Part shown: piece after piece, positions 54,540 through 64,000 of the stretch
Position numbering within the stretch: position 1 is the first letter of the stretch
Layout of the letters: every line of letters begins with the position of its first letter
Source: Schmidtea polychroa
Taxonomy: Eukaryota
Direction: 5' to 3'
Length of the DNA stretch: 64,000 nt
Assembly: GCA_044892525.1 (NCBI GenBank)
Contig: CM097887.1
Span: 80,578,397 to 80,642,396, forward strand
Program-made: the position numbers and the translations under genes
The notes under the pieces: model-generated
The model's input: the letters and a program-made list of their open reading frames with translations, nothing else
Told to the model about the DNA's origin: nothing
Databases searched by the model: none

Positions 54540-55552
54540 ATTTTTATACTATTTTACCGAGCAATAGTTGCCCATTAATTCATCCAGACAATAAAGCCAG
54601 TAAATTTATGGTCAATCTCCAGAATCCGATTTCTTTAAATGGTGACTGGGAAGTTGCACTGCAAGATTTTACATTCGTGTACAACACATTCCCATTTTAT
54701 AGTCAATGTAAGATTGATTTCAAAAGGAATATTGTGAAAACATGTAGCGGTATCTTTATTATTAGTAATTATGATAAAACATATCATATTCCGAACCAAA
54801 TATTAGATTCGCATTGCTATATATTTTACAAGGATGGATTAAATATCAGTTGTGATTTTAAACCATTTACAATAACATTCGAAACTATTGAAGATGCCAA
54901 ACGAATGGGTTGCAATAAGCTGAAAAATATTGTTATGGAGACCGAGTATTTATTACGTTTTAATCTATTTGAAGCAAACAGTATAGTGAAAGAAGAAATC
55001 AAAATATCTGTGTCGTATAACGATGAAGTTGAAGAATCATTCATCTTTGCTGATGAATTATATTTTGATAAACTTGATGTATTACTTAAATATTTAAAGT
55101 TCAATTGTTCACACATATTTAAAAATTTGGAAATTGTGAAAGATTTGATGTTTACCTTCAGTTTGAATGAGGATATTTGCGAAGTTACATTTGATAAAAA
55201 TTTGGCAAATTCACTTGGATTAGATAAGCAAAAATATAGAGAAAAATCGACTGGTATACGCAAACCAAGAATACTAGAACATCATCAACAAATGTTCATA
55301 TATACTAACATTATCGAGCCCATAATTGTTGGTGATTCCAGTGTTCCTCTTTTGAAATCGGTATGGATTGGAAAATATGAACATGATGAAGTTGTCAATA
55401 TAAATATCGATAATCCCATGTATTTACCAATAGCAAGTTCATGTATAAACAATATAGAAATAAATATTCGTGATGATAGTGGAAAACTTATAAACTTTCC
55501 AAAAGGTTCAAAAACTCATTTGACATTACATTTTCGTAAAGTAGATGGCTAA
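54485..55552 (+). CDS. Minor capsid (penton-like) protein
   Basis: FYTILPSNS...NPISLNGDWEVAL at the N-terminus and FIYTNIIE..IVGDSSVPLL...IEINIRD..GKLINF...LHFRK at the C-terminus. Confidence 0.85.
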   Translation: MAWLSKPVMDISKGPSKVNFYTILPSNSCPLIHPDNKASKFMVNLQNPISLNGDWEVALQDFTFVYNTFPFYSQCKIDFKRNIVKTCSGIFIISNYDKTYHIPNQILDSHCYIFYKDGLNISCDFKPFTITFETIEDAKRMGCNKLKNIVMETEYLLRFNLFEANSIVKEEIKISVSYNDEVEESFIFADELYFDKLDVLLKYLKFNCSHIFKNLEIVKDLMFTFSLNEDICEVTFDKNLANSLGLDKQKYREKSTGIRKPRILEHHQQMFIYTNIIEPIIVGDSSVPLLKSVWIGKYEHDEVVNINIDNPMYLPIASSCINNIEINIRDDSGKLINFPKGSKTHLTLHFRKVDG

Positions 55553-55907
55553 TTCTGATATTATTAGTATGTATAGTGATAGCCAATCTGGCGGTGAATT
55601 ACCATATTTTATTGGTAAACAGTACGGATCGGGATGGTTGAGAACAATTGGTAGATTTGCATTGCCTATTCTTAAACGTATTGGTAGTTTTGGTATGAAA
55701 ACTGCAAAAGATGTTATTATGAATGAACAGAAAATATTACCATCTCTAAAAACAAATGCTTTAGCTGAATTAGGGAAAGTTTTACCAGGGGTTGCAGGTA
55801 TGTTTCAAAAAGATACGCCTCCAGGTCCAGCTCCAAAACGTAAAAGACATGGAATATCACGTATAAACAAACGAATGAAAGGACATGGAACTATATTTGC
55901 AAAATGA
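55545..55907 (+). CDS. Small Polinton virion protein with amphipathic helix
   Basis: QSGG..PYF.GKQYGSGWLRTIGRFALPILKRIG is typical of the small conserved gene upstream of the Polinton MCP. Confidence 0.7.
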   Translation: MANSDIISMYSDSQSGGELPYFIGKQYGSGWLRTIGRFALPILKRIGSFGMKTAKDVIMNEQKILPSLKTNALAELGKVLPGVAGMFQKDTPPGPAPKRKRHGISRINKRMKGHGTIFAK

Positions 55908-57127
55908 TTTGTGGTAAATCTGAATTATGTATATTTGATAGACCATCGCCCCAGGCTGTAATAGAATTTGGGGCATTTGAGGAAGTTTTTCCTATGAATT
56001 CAATTACCGATAGTAGAAATGATGTAGAATTTTACATCAATGGTTCTCAAACAGAATATTTAGATTTGAATGATACTTTATTGATTGTTCAAATCAAGGT
56101 TATAGATAAAGATAAAAAGGCTTTGGGTGATGCTGATGCTACAATACCTAATAATTTTTTGTTTCATACACTTTTTAAAGATGCTATTCTTGGATTTAAT
56201 AATATCAAGATTGAAGGTGGCAACAATACATATATCCACAAGGCGATAATAGAAACTATTTTAAATTATAATACCGACACCAAAAATACATGTCTTACTC
56301 CTATGGGTTATGCAGCAACTGATGACGAACGGAAAAAATGGATTAAAGGCTCAAAGATTTTTACCATGTGTTCATCATTACAACTCGATTTTATGGATCA
56401 ACCAAAATATTTACTTCCAGGAGTCAATGTACACATTAGACTGAAAAGAACCGATTCTTCTTTATCATTAACTAGTGGTGCTGGTCAACCAATATGTCAA
56501 TTAGTTGATGCAAAATTACTAGTAAGAAGAGTTCGAGTTGATCCGTCGGTATTAGCAGGTCATCAGTTGGGTCTTAATTCTAAGCATGCAATCTATCCTC
56601 TGAAAACAAAAGAAATTGTTTCATTTGCAATAGCCAAAGGTGCTTCTTCCTTCTATAAGGAACAAATATTTGGAGATAGAAGAATGCCAAACTTTATTCT
56701 GGTAACATTTCAAGGTGAAGCACAATATAATGGTTCATATAGTGCCTCAAGCTCAATTTTCAAAACCTTTGGTGTTACATCTCTAACTTTGTCGAAAAAT
56801 ACTGATTATCGAGAAACATATACTCAAGATTTCGATAGTGACAATTACTGTGCTACATATATGCAGAGTATTGTTAGAAATATGGGATATTTAGATAAAA
56901 ATTTGAATTGCGGCATAACTCTTGAAGAATTCAAAACCAAATATCCATTCTTTACATTTGTTTTGGCCCCAGATTTTGATTTGAATCAGAGTCAATTACC
57001 TCAAAATGGAAATTTACGATTAGATATAAAGTTTGCAAAAGCTATTACAGAACCTGTGCATGTTATAATATATGGAGTATTTGAAAATGAAGTTCAAATT
57101 ACTGCAAATAGAACGGTTCTGGTATAA
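55904..57127 (+). CDS. Major capsid protein (double jelly-roll)
   Basis: KSELCIF...YLDLNDTLL...NNFLHTLF...LQLDFMDQPKYLLPGV...PFFTFVLAPD...GNLRLDIKF. Confidence 0.88.
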   Translation: MICGKSELCIFDRPSPQAVIEFGAFEEVFPMNSITDSRNDVEFYINGSQTEYLDLNDTLLIVQIKVIDKDKKALGDADATIPNNFLFHTLFKDAILGFNNIKIEGGNNTYIHKAIIETILNYNTDTKNTCLTPMGYAATDDERKKWIKGSKIFTMCSSLQLDFMDQPKYLLPGVNVHIRLKRTDSSLSLTSGAGQPICQLVDAKLLVRRVRVDPSVLAGHQLGLNSKHAIYPLKTKEIVSFAIAKGASSFYKEQIFGDRRMPNFILVTFQGEAQYNGSYSASSSIFKTFGVTSLTLSKNTDYRETYTQDFDSDNYCATYMQSIVRNMGYLDKNLNCGITLEEFKTKYPFFTFVLAPDFDLNQSQLPQNGNLRLDIKFAKAITEPVHVIIYGVFENEVQITANRTVLV

Positions 57128-57189
57128 ATGTATACAGAAATACAGAAAGTTGTCATGGAGTAAGTTGTTTTTTATACTGTTTAATTTAT

Positions 57190-57531
57190 TAAAATAGTTC
57201 TGTTCAGGTTAATCGAATTGGAAAACAAATATTAGGAAATGAATTTTTAGGAGTTTTTCCTCTCGATAAAATACCATTTTTGAAAAATAATCAAGCCATA
57301 ATCGTCAATACCCATTCATCTCATCTCGGCGGAGAGCATTGGATTGCAATCTAGATGAAACCAGATAAGATACATGTATTCGATCCTATGGGTTTCTATT
57401 ATCCTGCTTTATTGGTTTCGAAACTACAAACAATGGGCAAACCTATTGTATATAATAAAACAATGTATCAACACCCTTTAACTCGTACGTGCGGACAACA
57501 TTGTTTAGGATGGCTTATGTCTATTAAATAA
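57190..57531 (+). pseudogene. Adenain-type cysteine protease with in-frame TAG (57352-57354) and no clear ATG; missed by the ORF track
   Basis: Manual translation: ...FLGVFPLDKIP...IIVNTHSSHLGGEHWIAI*MKPDKIHVFDPMG...YQHPLTRTCGQHCL. Catalytic His, Asp, Gln and Cys are present. Confidence 0.85.
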
Positions 57532-57559
57532 TAAATGTTTTTATAAAAATGTGTTTTTA

Positions 57560-57582
57560 TTATTTTATAATTATTATTATGT

Positions 57583-57638
<56 letters not shown>

Positions 57639-57690
57639 GTTTTATTATTTTTATAATTATTATTATGTTTTATATTATTACAATAATAAC
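57560..57690. repeat. (TTA)n microsatellite
   Basis: Seen directly. Confidence 0.9.
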
Positions 57691-57802
57691 AAAGTCCGTC
57701 ATGAACGGTGCATGCTCCGTGCATGATTAACAAAGGCATATTATCACGTTATAAACAATTGTAATACAAATTTCATCATAATTATTTTATTACAATTTTA
57801 AA

Positions 57803-58265
57803 ATGTCATCAATTAATACTAAAATCAATGTGGTTCTTTCGAGAAATGGTAAGGATTTTTATTTATTTATTTATATTAAATAATTAAATTTACAATTAGA
57901 AACTCGTACCGTTAACTCGTCAGTCTTCAATAGGCGATTAGGTTCTGGAAATGATGGAAATGGTATATTTATAATTATTATAAATACTTTAATTATTATT
58001 ATTATCTTTATTATTTAGACAATTATTTTGGTGATTGGGCCGCAATTACCGAAAATGACGACATATTAGATATTTCAAACATATTCCAAAATGGTAATTT
58101 ATTAGTTTAATTAAAATTGTATTACCATTAACATTTTAGAATCTTCTGTTTCTCATAACAAGAATTTTCCAATAATAAATGCCGCAGTAGTGGATACCTC
58201 CGTTGCGTATAATTTGAATGCTCCCATCCCTATTGGGGACTCAGTTTCGAATAACGAATCAAAAT
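57803..58265 (+). CDS. Four short 5' exons, probably the spliced N-terminus of pPolB
   Basis: Exons 57803-57848, 57900-57962, 58019-58093, 58140-58265 with phase-1 GT-AG introns of 51, 56 and 46 nt give an open frame. Confidence 0.65.
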
Positions 58266-58686
58266 GTATGTTTCATTTTATTAATATATAGTTTTTAATT
58301 AATTAATAACTTAATAATAATATAGATTTTATGTAAATATAATGTAAATATAACTTTATGTAAATTATTTCAGTTATCATTAAAATAGTAATTGTAATAG
58401 TAATAANNNNNNNNNNNNNNNNNNNNNNNNNNNNNNNNNNNNNNNNNNNNNNNNNNNNNNNNNNNNNNNNNNNNNNNNNNNNNNNNNNNNNNNNNNNNNN
58501 NNNNNNNNNNNNNNNNNNNNNNNNNNNNNNNNNNNNNNNNNNNACATTAACTAATTATTTTATAGTTGATAATATTATAGACAAATTTTAAATGAAAGAT
58601 TAAATTACATTTATTATTATTATTATTATTATTATTAAATAAATAATACATTTTCATTCAATAAATAATTATTTAACTTTTATTAG

Positions 58687-61600
58687 GCAAATTTTATCCT
58701 AAATATTGTAATTCGTCTATGGGTCATGACAATAAATGCCACAAAAATATGAAGAAATATTATCGCCAACCTTTTAATGGCATCAACTTTTTTATTTGCC
58801 CCATATGCAAAACTTTCCAGAGTGTAAGGTATAAGGAATTTTATAGTCAACATTCTCAGCACTTAAATTCTTTCAAAACAAATAAACAAGAACTGTTTAA
58901 AATAATAAATAAGAATAACATTGAAATTGTAAATATTTTAAATAATAACACAAAAAAGAAATCTAATAAAAGACCTGCTGAACATAGGGTGTCTAAAATT
59001 AAAAATAAAATTATAAAAACTGAAGTTATTGAGATCAGTGACGACGAAATTATTAAAAATGAAGTCATTCTACTCAGTGATGACGAATGTAATAATATTA
59101 CATATACTATAAATCATGATATTATAAATGATAATATTGATACTATAAATGCTATAAATGAAAATATAAATAATGATAATACTATAAATACTATAAATCA
59201 AATAGGTGGATCATCTTTAGCGATTGAGCCGATAATAAAATCAAATTTAAATGGCGCCATTCGAACTATTCGATTTAATATTGCCGATTCACAATTAATT
59301 AAAATTATAATAACGGATAAAATCACTGAAAAGTTAACATCTGAAATAAATAACATGGGTAGCGTCAAAATTCAATTCGCTATTCTTATAAGATTTGAAA
59401 AAGATGGGGAAATCCGTGACAACTACTTTTCAAATAACGCCGAGATCTTTTCGGGTAACTTTTTAATTGAGGGAGTTAATAAGTTAAACGAAAAAATTGA
59501 AAAGTTTACCTATTTAGGTAGTGGCTGGAGAGTAATTAATATCTTAGAGATTGATTTCATTCTGACTAAATTTGCTCCTATTTGTCGCCTATCTGGTCAT
59601 AGTTACATTCGTACACCCGCAGATTTGAAATCTAAAGGAGCAATTATTAATGTTAAAAATAAGGATCATAAGTGTTTCCTTTATAGTATTCTCGCGCTCT
59701 TGAAAAAAGATGAAATAGGTAGCCACCCTGAAAGAGTTTCAAAATATGAAAATCTTTTAAATATTCTTAATTACAATGAAGTCACGGATTGTCCGATGAA
59801 ATTGTGTAATATACCTAAATTCGAAAAGAAAAATTTAGACTTAAATCTTGCCATAAATGTTCTGGCTTATACCCCTACTGTGATAGTTGATGATGATCAG
59901 GTTCCTAATGACTATGTTTTTAAACACCCCCACTTAAGTATAATTCACAGATCAACGGTTACTATCGGTACTCCAATTTATTTATTACTCTTGGAAAATA
60001 AGGATAATTATCATTACACCGCAGTGACCAACATTACACGTTTAATGAACTGCCATCGTAATAATGACTGTAGTATTCAAATAAGATGCAAATGGTGCCC
60101 ACATTGTCTTAACGGTTTTCGATTAGACAATGCTTTCACTAAACATGTGGCCCTATGCAGTAAAAATCAAACGGGTACAACCCTTTACACTTTACCCGAA
60201 AATAAATATTTAGAGTTTCAAAATCATTCAAAGAGAATCACCCCACCCTTTGTTATTTATGCCGATTTTGAATCGGTTTTACCTAAAGATGTTAAACATC
60301 ATCAAATACATTTACCTATTTCAGCAGGTCTTTTATTAATAAATAATCTTAACAATAGAAAATCGTATTACGAGTTTTATGGTCTTGATTGTATACCTCA
60401 ATTTCTTAAAAAAGTAGAGGAAATTGCTGTCACAATTGTCCTACCTTATTATGAGCTTGAAGGGAAAAAACGGTTAGGACCTATGACTTTTGCTGAGGAA
60501 CGACAATTCAAATCTTGTAGGAACTGCTATCTTTGCAAGAAGGTTTTATCCCTTGCTGTTCGAGATCATGACCATTTTACTGGTAATTATCTCGGTGCAG
60601 CCTGTAGGAAATGTAATATGGCTCGCAGAATTTATAAACAGCTGCCGATTGTATTTCATAATTTACGAGGCTACGACTTACACCATATTTTAAAATATGG
60701 TCTCAATGGCTTTCCTTCTTGGAATTTGAATATAATACCCACAAGCACAGAGAAATTTATCTCGATGATTGTTCACATTAAAAAATTAGCTGTTCGTTTT
60801 ATCGACAGCATACAATTTGTTAATTGTTCTTTGGCTAAGGCTGTAAAAACTCTAACTGATCTTCCTTTGACTTCGTCGGTTTTTGATAGGTTAATAATAG
60901 ATGCTAAAGCCATATTTCCTTATGATTATGCGACTGATTTGGATGTACTTGAAACCACTTATGAATTGCCTCCTATTTGGTCTGGTGTTACTGAAGATGA
61001 GTATGCTAAGGCTCAACTTATTTGGACTCAACAACGTTGTACTAAATTGGCTGACTATATGTTAACTTATCAAAAATTGGATGTATTCCTCCTTGCGGAC
61101 TATTTCCAACAATTTCGTGCCAAGGCCATTGCATACAATGGTCTAGAACCTCTAAACTTTTATGGTATTCCGGGTATGTCATGGGCCTCAGCGCTTATGA
61201 CATTAACTGAGCCTATAGAACTTTTACAGGACATGGAAATGTTCAATTTTTACGAAGGAGGAATACGTGGTGGGTTAACATTTGTTAACAAACATTACGT
61301 TGCTGCTTCTGATAATACAGAATTATTATATATTGATATAAATAATCTGTATGGTTGGGCTCTTAGCCAAAATCTTCCTTTTGCTGATTTCACTTGGGTG
61401 TATGATGGATTGAATGATGTATTGCTTGAGTGCATGAATGCTGACATTGAAATCCTTCCCTATGGTTATACCATACAAGTGGATATAGATATTCCAGAAA
61501 TTTTTCATGATTTCTTAAATGACTTTCCTCTTGCTCCTGAGAAAATGTGCCCGCCTGGTTCGAAAGTTGAGAAGTTGATGCTCACGCATTGGCCAAAGAA

Positions 61601-62621
61601 GAACCATGTTCTTCATTGGAGGCTTCTCAAGCTTTATTTGTCTCTTGGTGCCAAAGTTGTACACATCCATAGAGCTACAAAATTCAAGCAAGCACCGATT
61701 TTTAAAAATTATATAAATAAAAATACACAGCTAAGAGCTGAAGCAAGCAGTGAACTGTACAGAGATTTATTCAAATTGTATAATAATAGCTTGTACGGTA
61801 AATCCGTTGAAAACCTTAAGAAGAGATTAAATTTACGACTATGTAATTCCGCGGAAAAATTAATTACATATTCATCAAAACCATCATTTAGAAAAACCAT
61901 CAAAATTGATGATGATCTTTTTGGTGTACATCTCAATAAGGAGTCTATATGTTTGGATAGACCCAGCTACATTGGACAATCAGTGCTGGATTTATCCAAA
62001 CTAAGGATGTATCAATTACAGTACATAGAATTATCAAAATATAGGAGTCAGTTTAACTGTGATATAAATATAGTTGCGGGTGATACCGATAGTTTCTTCT
62101 TAGAGGTCAAAAATGTAAAGCTTGACGTTCTTTTGCCAGCGATGATTTCGGATGACTTGTTAGACACCTCAAATTATGATCCCTCTCATCCTTTATATTC
62201 TAGGAGACTCGACTCAGTTATAGGACAGTTTAAGGATGAGAGTAAGGGTGTAGGATATAGTGAGTGGGTTTTCTTGCGACCAAAGTGCTACAGTCTTTTA
62301 GGAAATAAATCTACTATGAGAGCTAAGGGCGTAAAATTACCAGGTACAGATATAAAACATCAATCTTATTTAGACTGTTACAACAACAACACAGTTATTT
62401 CTGTACCTCAGACTAGAATAGGAACCCGAAATCATCAGCTTTTTACCTTTAAAAACTCAAAGATTGCTTTAACTAATCATGATGATAAAAGAGCTTGGGT
62501 AGAGAAAAACTCTAGTTTTGCATATGGTCATTATTTAGGGGTTGATGTCATTGATAATGACGATAATGATATTCAATCAGGAGCAGATCCCGATCTCATC
62601 AATCAACATCTACAAGATTAA
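58687..62621 (+). CDS. polB: Protein-primed family B DNA polymerase (main exon)
   Basis: YADFES, FHNLRGYDLH, FIDS, YIDINNLYGWA, KLYNNSLYGK, AGDTDSFF, RPKCYS, DDKR. EndoVII-like RDHDHFTG...CRKCN. Acceptor TATTAG at 58686 is in frame with the ATG at 58719. Confidence 0.95.
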
Positions 62622-62980
62622 TTTAATTCTGTGATCGGACTTGTTTGAATTTTTGTAAAATAGAAATTATTGTAAAGTCTCTTTTTCGTTTTATAATTAT
62701 CGGTTTTCTTTTTTTTTTTTTTTTAATAATTTGATGTGTAAAAGTATTTTATTAGAATGTAGTTTGTTAATAAAAATAATAATAAAAATAATAATACTTA
62801 CTATATTGTGCACAAACATTATATCTTCAAATATATAACCATTGGATAGAGCTCTTCGAGACCTTTTTAATGAACCATTATTCAATAAAATCTATCGAAG
62901 ATAATCCTTAAAATTACCATTATTGATTTTAAATTATTTTCTTGTTTAATAAATGAGTTGTTTTAATGTATCTCTTATAA

Positions 62981-63538
62981 ATGTGTGCAGAATATAAGTA
63001 TTTTCATAAATTTATTAAGAAATTACTGATGACCACGAGATCATTCAAGTTTTTAAACTGCACCGTTGAAGATTTTATGAACAATTATGATACTCTCACT
63101 GAAAAGGAAACCATAAAAATTTTAGAAATTTTCAAACATTCCTCCATTGGATATTTGATTGATTTATTTAATTACAATAAATGCATTTTGAAGTTATCGA
63201 TTTATTTGATGCATTTAGACAAAGCAATAGTAGATAATGATTCATTGAATGAATGCTTTTGGAATTGTATGGATTTAAGGCTGGAACCAGGATATAGTAG
63301 TAGATTGATTTATGAATGGATATCGAAATCCGAATTGATTGAAAATAAGCTAAGGAAAAAACTCAATGATGGTAGGAAAATGTATTTAACTTGTTACATT
63401 TGTAAAGAAAATCAAGTATCGGTTTTGTTTTTACCTTGCGGACATGTAATTGTATGTTCTAAATGCCATGATTCAAATGTTCGCAAATGTAAAGCATGTT
63501 CAATGTATATTAATGAGTATCATACTATATACATTTAA
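62981..63538 (+). CDS. Protein with C-terminal IAP-type C3HC4 RING finger (no clear BIR)
   Basis: CYICKENQVSVLFLPCGHVIVCSKC...CKAC...HTIYI. Confidence 0.82.
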   Translation: MCAEYKYFHKFIKKLLMTTRSFKFLNCTVEDFMNNYDTLTEKETIKILEIFKHSSIGYLIDLFNYNKCILKLSIYLMHLDKAIVDNDSLNECFWNCMDLRLEPGYSSRLIYEWISKSELIENKLRKKLNDGRKMYLTCYICKENQVSVLFLPCGHVIVCSKCHDSNVRKCKACSMYINEYHTIYI

Positions 63539-64000
63539 TAAACATTTATTTCTTTACCTTTGTTATTAATACTCAAAATAATATTCAAACTAAACCAAAT
63601 TTACAAACTACCGCGCCAGCCCCTTCGGGGCGGGCGGGCGAACGGCTGTTGTGTATGTCGATGATTTTAATTTTTATTAAATGCATTTGTTTGATTTCAA
63701 AATTAGATTTGTGTGACGAACCTTGTTAAATTTTTGGTTTGATGTATTCGAGGAAAAAAAAAAATTGTAAAACATTCTTTTACTATTTAGTTGGAAAATT
63801 TGGGAAAATAGTTTTGAAAACTTTTTAAAATTTGAAAAATTTTGAGTTGGGAAATTTGGGGAATTTCATTTTTGGGACTTTTTAATTTTTGAAAAAATTT
63901 GAGTTGGGAAAATTGTTTTTGGGAATTTTTAAAATTTGGGAAATTTTTGAGTTGGGAAATTTATTTTGGGGATTGAAAGATTTGTTGAAATGATCAATTT
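63475..64000 (-). repeat. Right terminal inverted repeat (partial)
   Basis: Reverse complement of 49600 back to ~49043. Confidence 0.9.

Larger units (their letters stand above)
48429..64000 (+). mobile_element. Polinton/Maverick (adintovirus-like) element; right end lies outside the window
   Basis: AGTAGT terminus at 48429, long TIR, and pPolB, rve integrase, packaging ATPase, capsid and protease genes. Confidence 0.93.

Noticed and set aside
13364-57354. Variant genetic code suggested by isolated in-frame stops (TAA 13364, TAA 22172, TAG 26928, TGA 33117, TAG 57352)
   Set aside because: All three stop types are involved, multi-kb ORFs contain none, and genes end normally at TAA/TAG/TGA. 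The protease stop replaces a probable Tyr and the TRAF stop a probable Gln, which fits point mutation.

Overview
AT-rich eukaryotic (probably invertebrate) genomic window with very short spliceosomal introns (43-56 nt). Apart from two small host genes near the start (a secreted SRPBCC/START-fold gene and a FAM177-like gene), it is almost entirely mobile DNA. The main feature is a young ~38 kb Ty3/Gypsy-type LTR element (4023-41968) with 4.1 kb near-identical LTRs, a 4-bp TSD (ATTG) and a tRNA-Pro PBS. Its gag is followed in the same reading frame by a 2921-aa ORF. That ORF carries ubiquitin-like domains, a probable Bcl-2-like domain and a complete chuvirus-type fusion glycoprotein, all placed BEFORE protease-RT-RNaseH-integrase. 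Downstream are an ankyrin/membrane ORF, a full TRAF homologue and several coiled-coil or membrane ORFs. An IAP-type RING gene lies upstream of gag, and a conserved protein-coding gene lies inside each LTR. A NeSL-like non-LTR retrotransposon with a restriction-like endonuclease sits inside the element. Related solo LTRs follow at 42345-43920 and 44324-48251, each with a 4-bp TSD, and they share a covarying RNA stem-loop with the main LTR. From 48429 to beyond the window end lies a Polinton/Maverick (adintovirus-like) element with ~1.17 kb TIRs. It encodes pPolB, integrase, packaging ATPase, major and minor capsid proteins, a disrupted adenain protease, a TBP homologue, an IAP-type RING protein and several intron-containing genes. 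All family assignments come from motif recognition by eye; no database searches were run.
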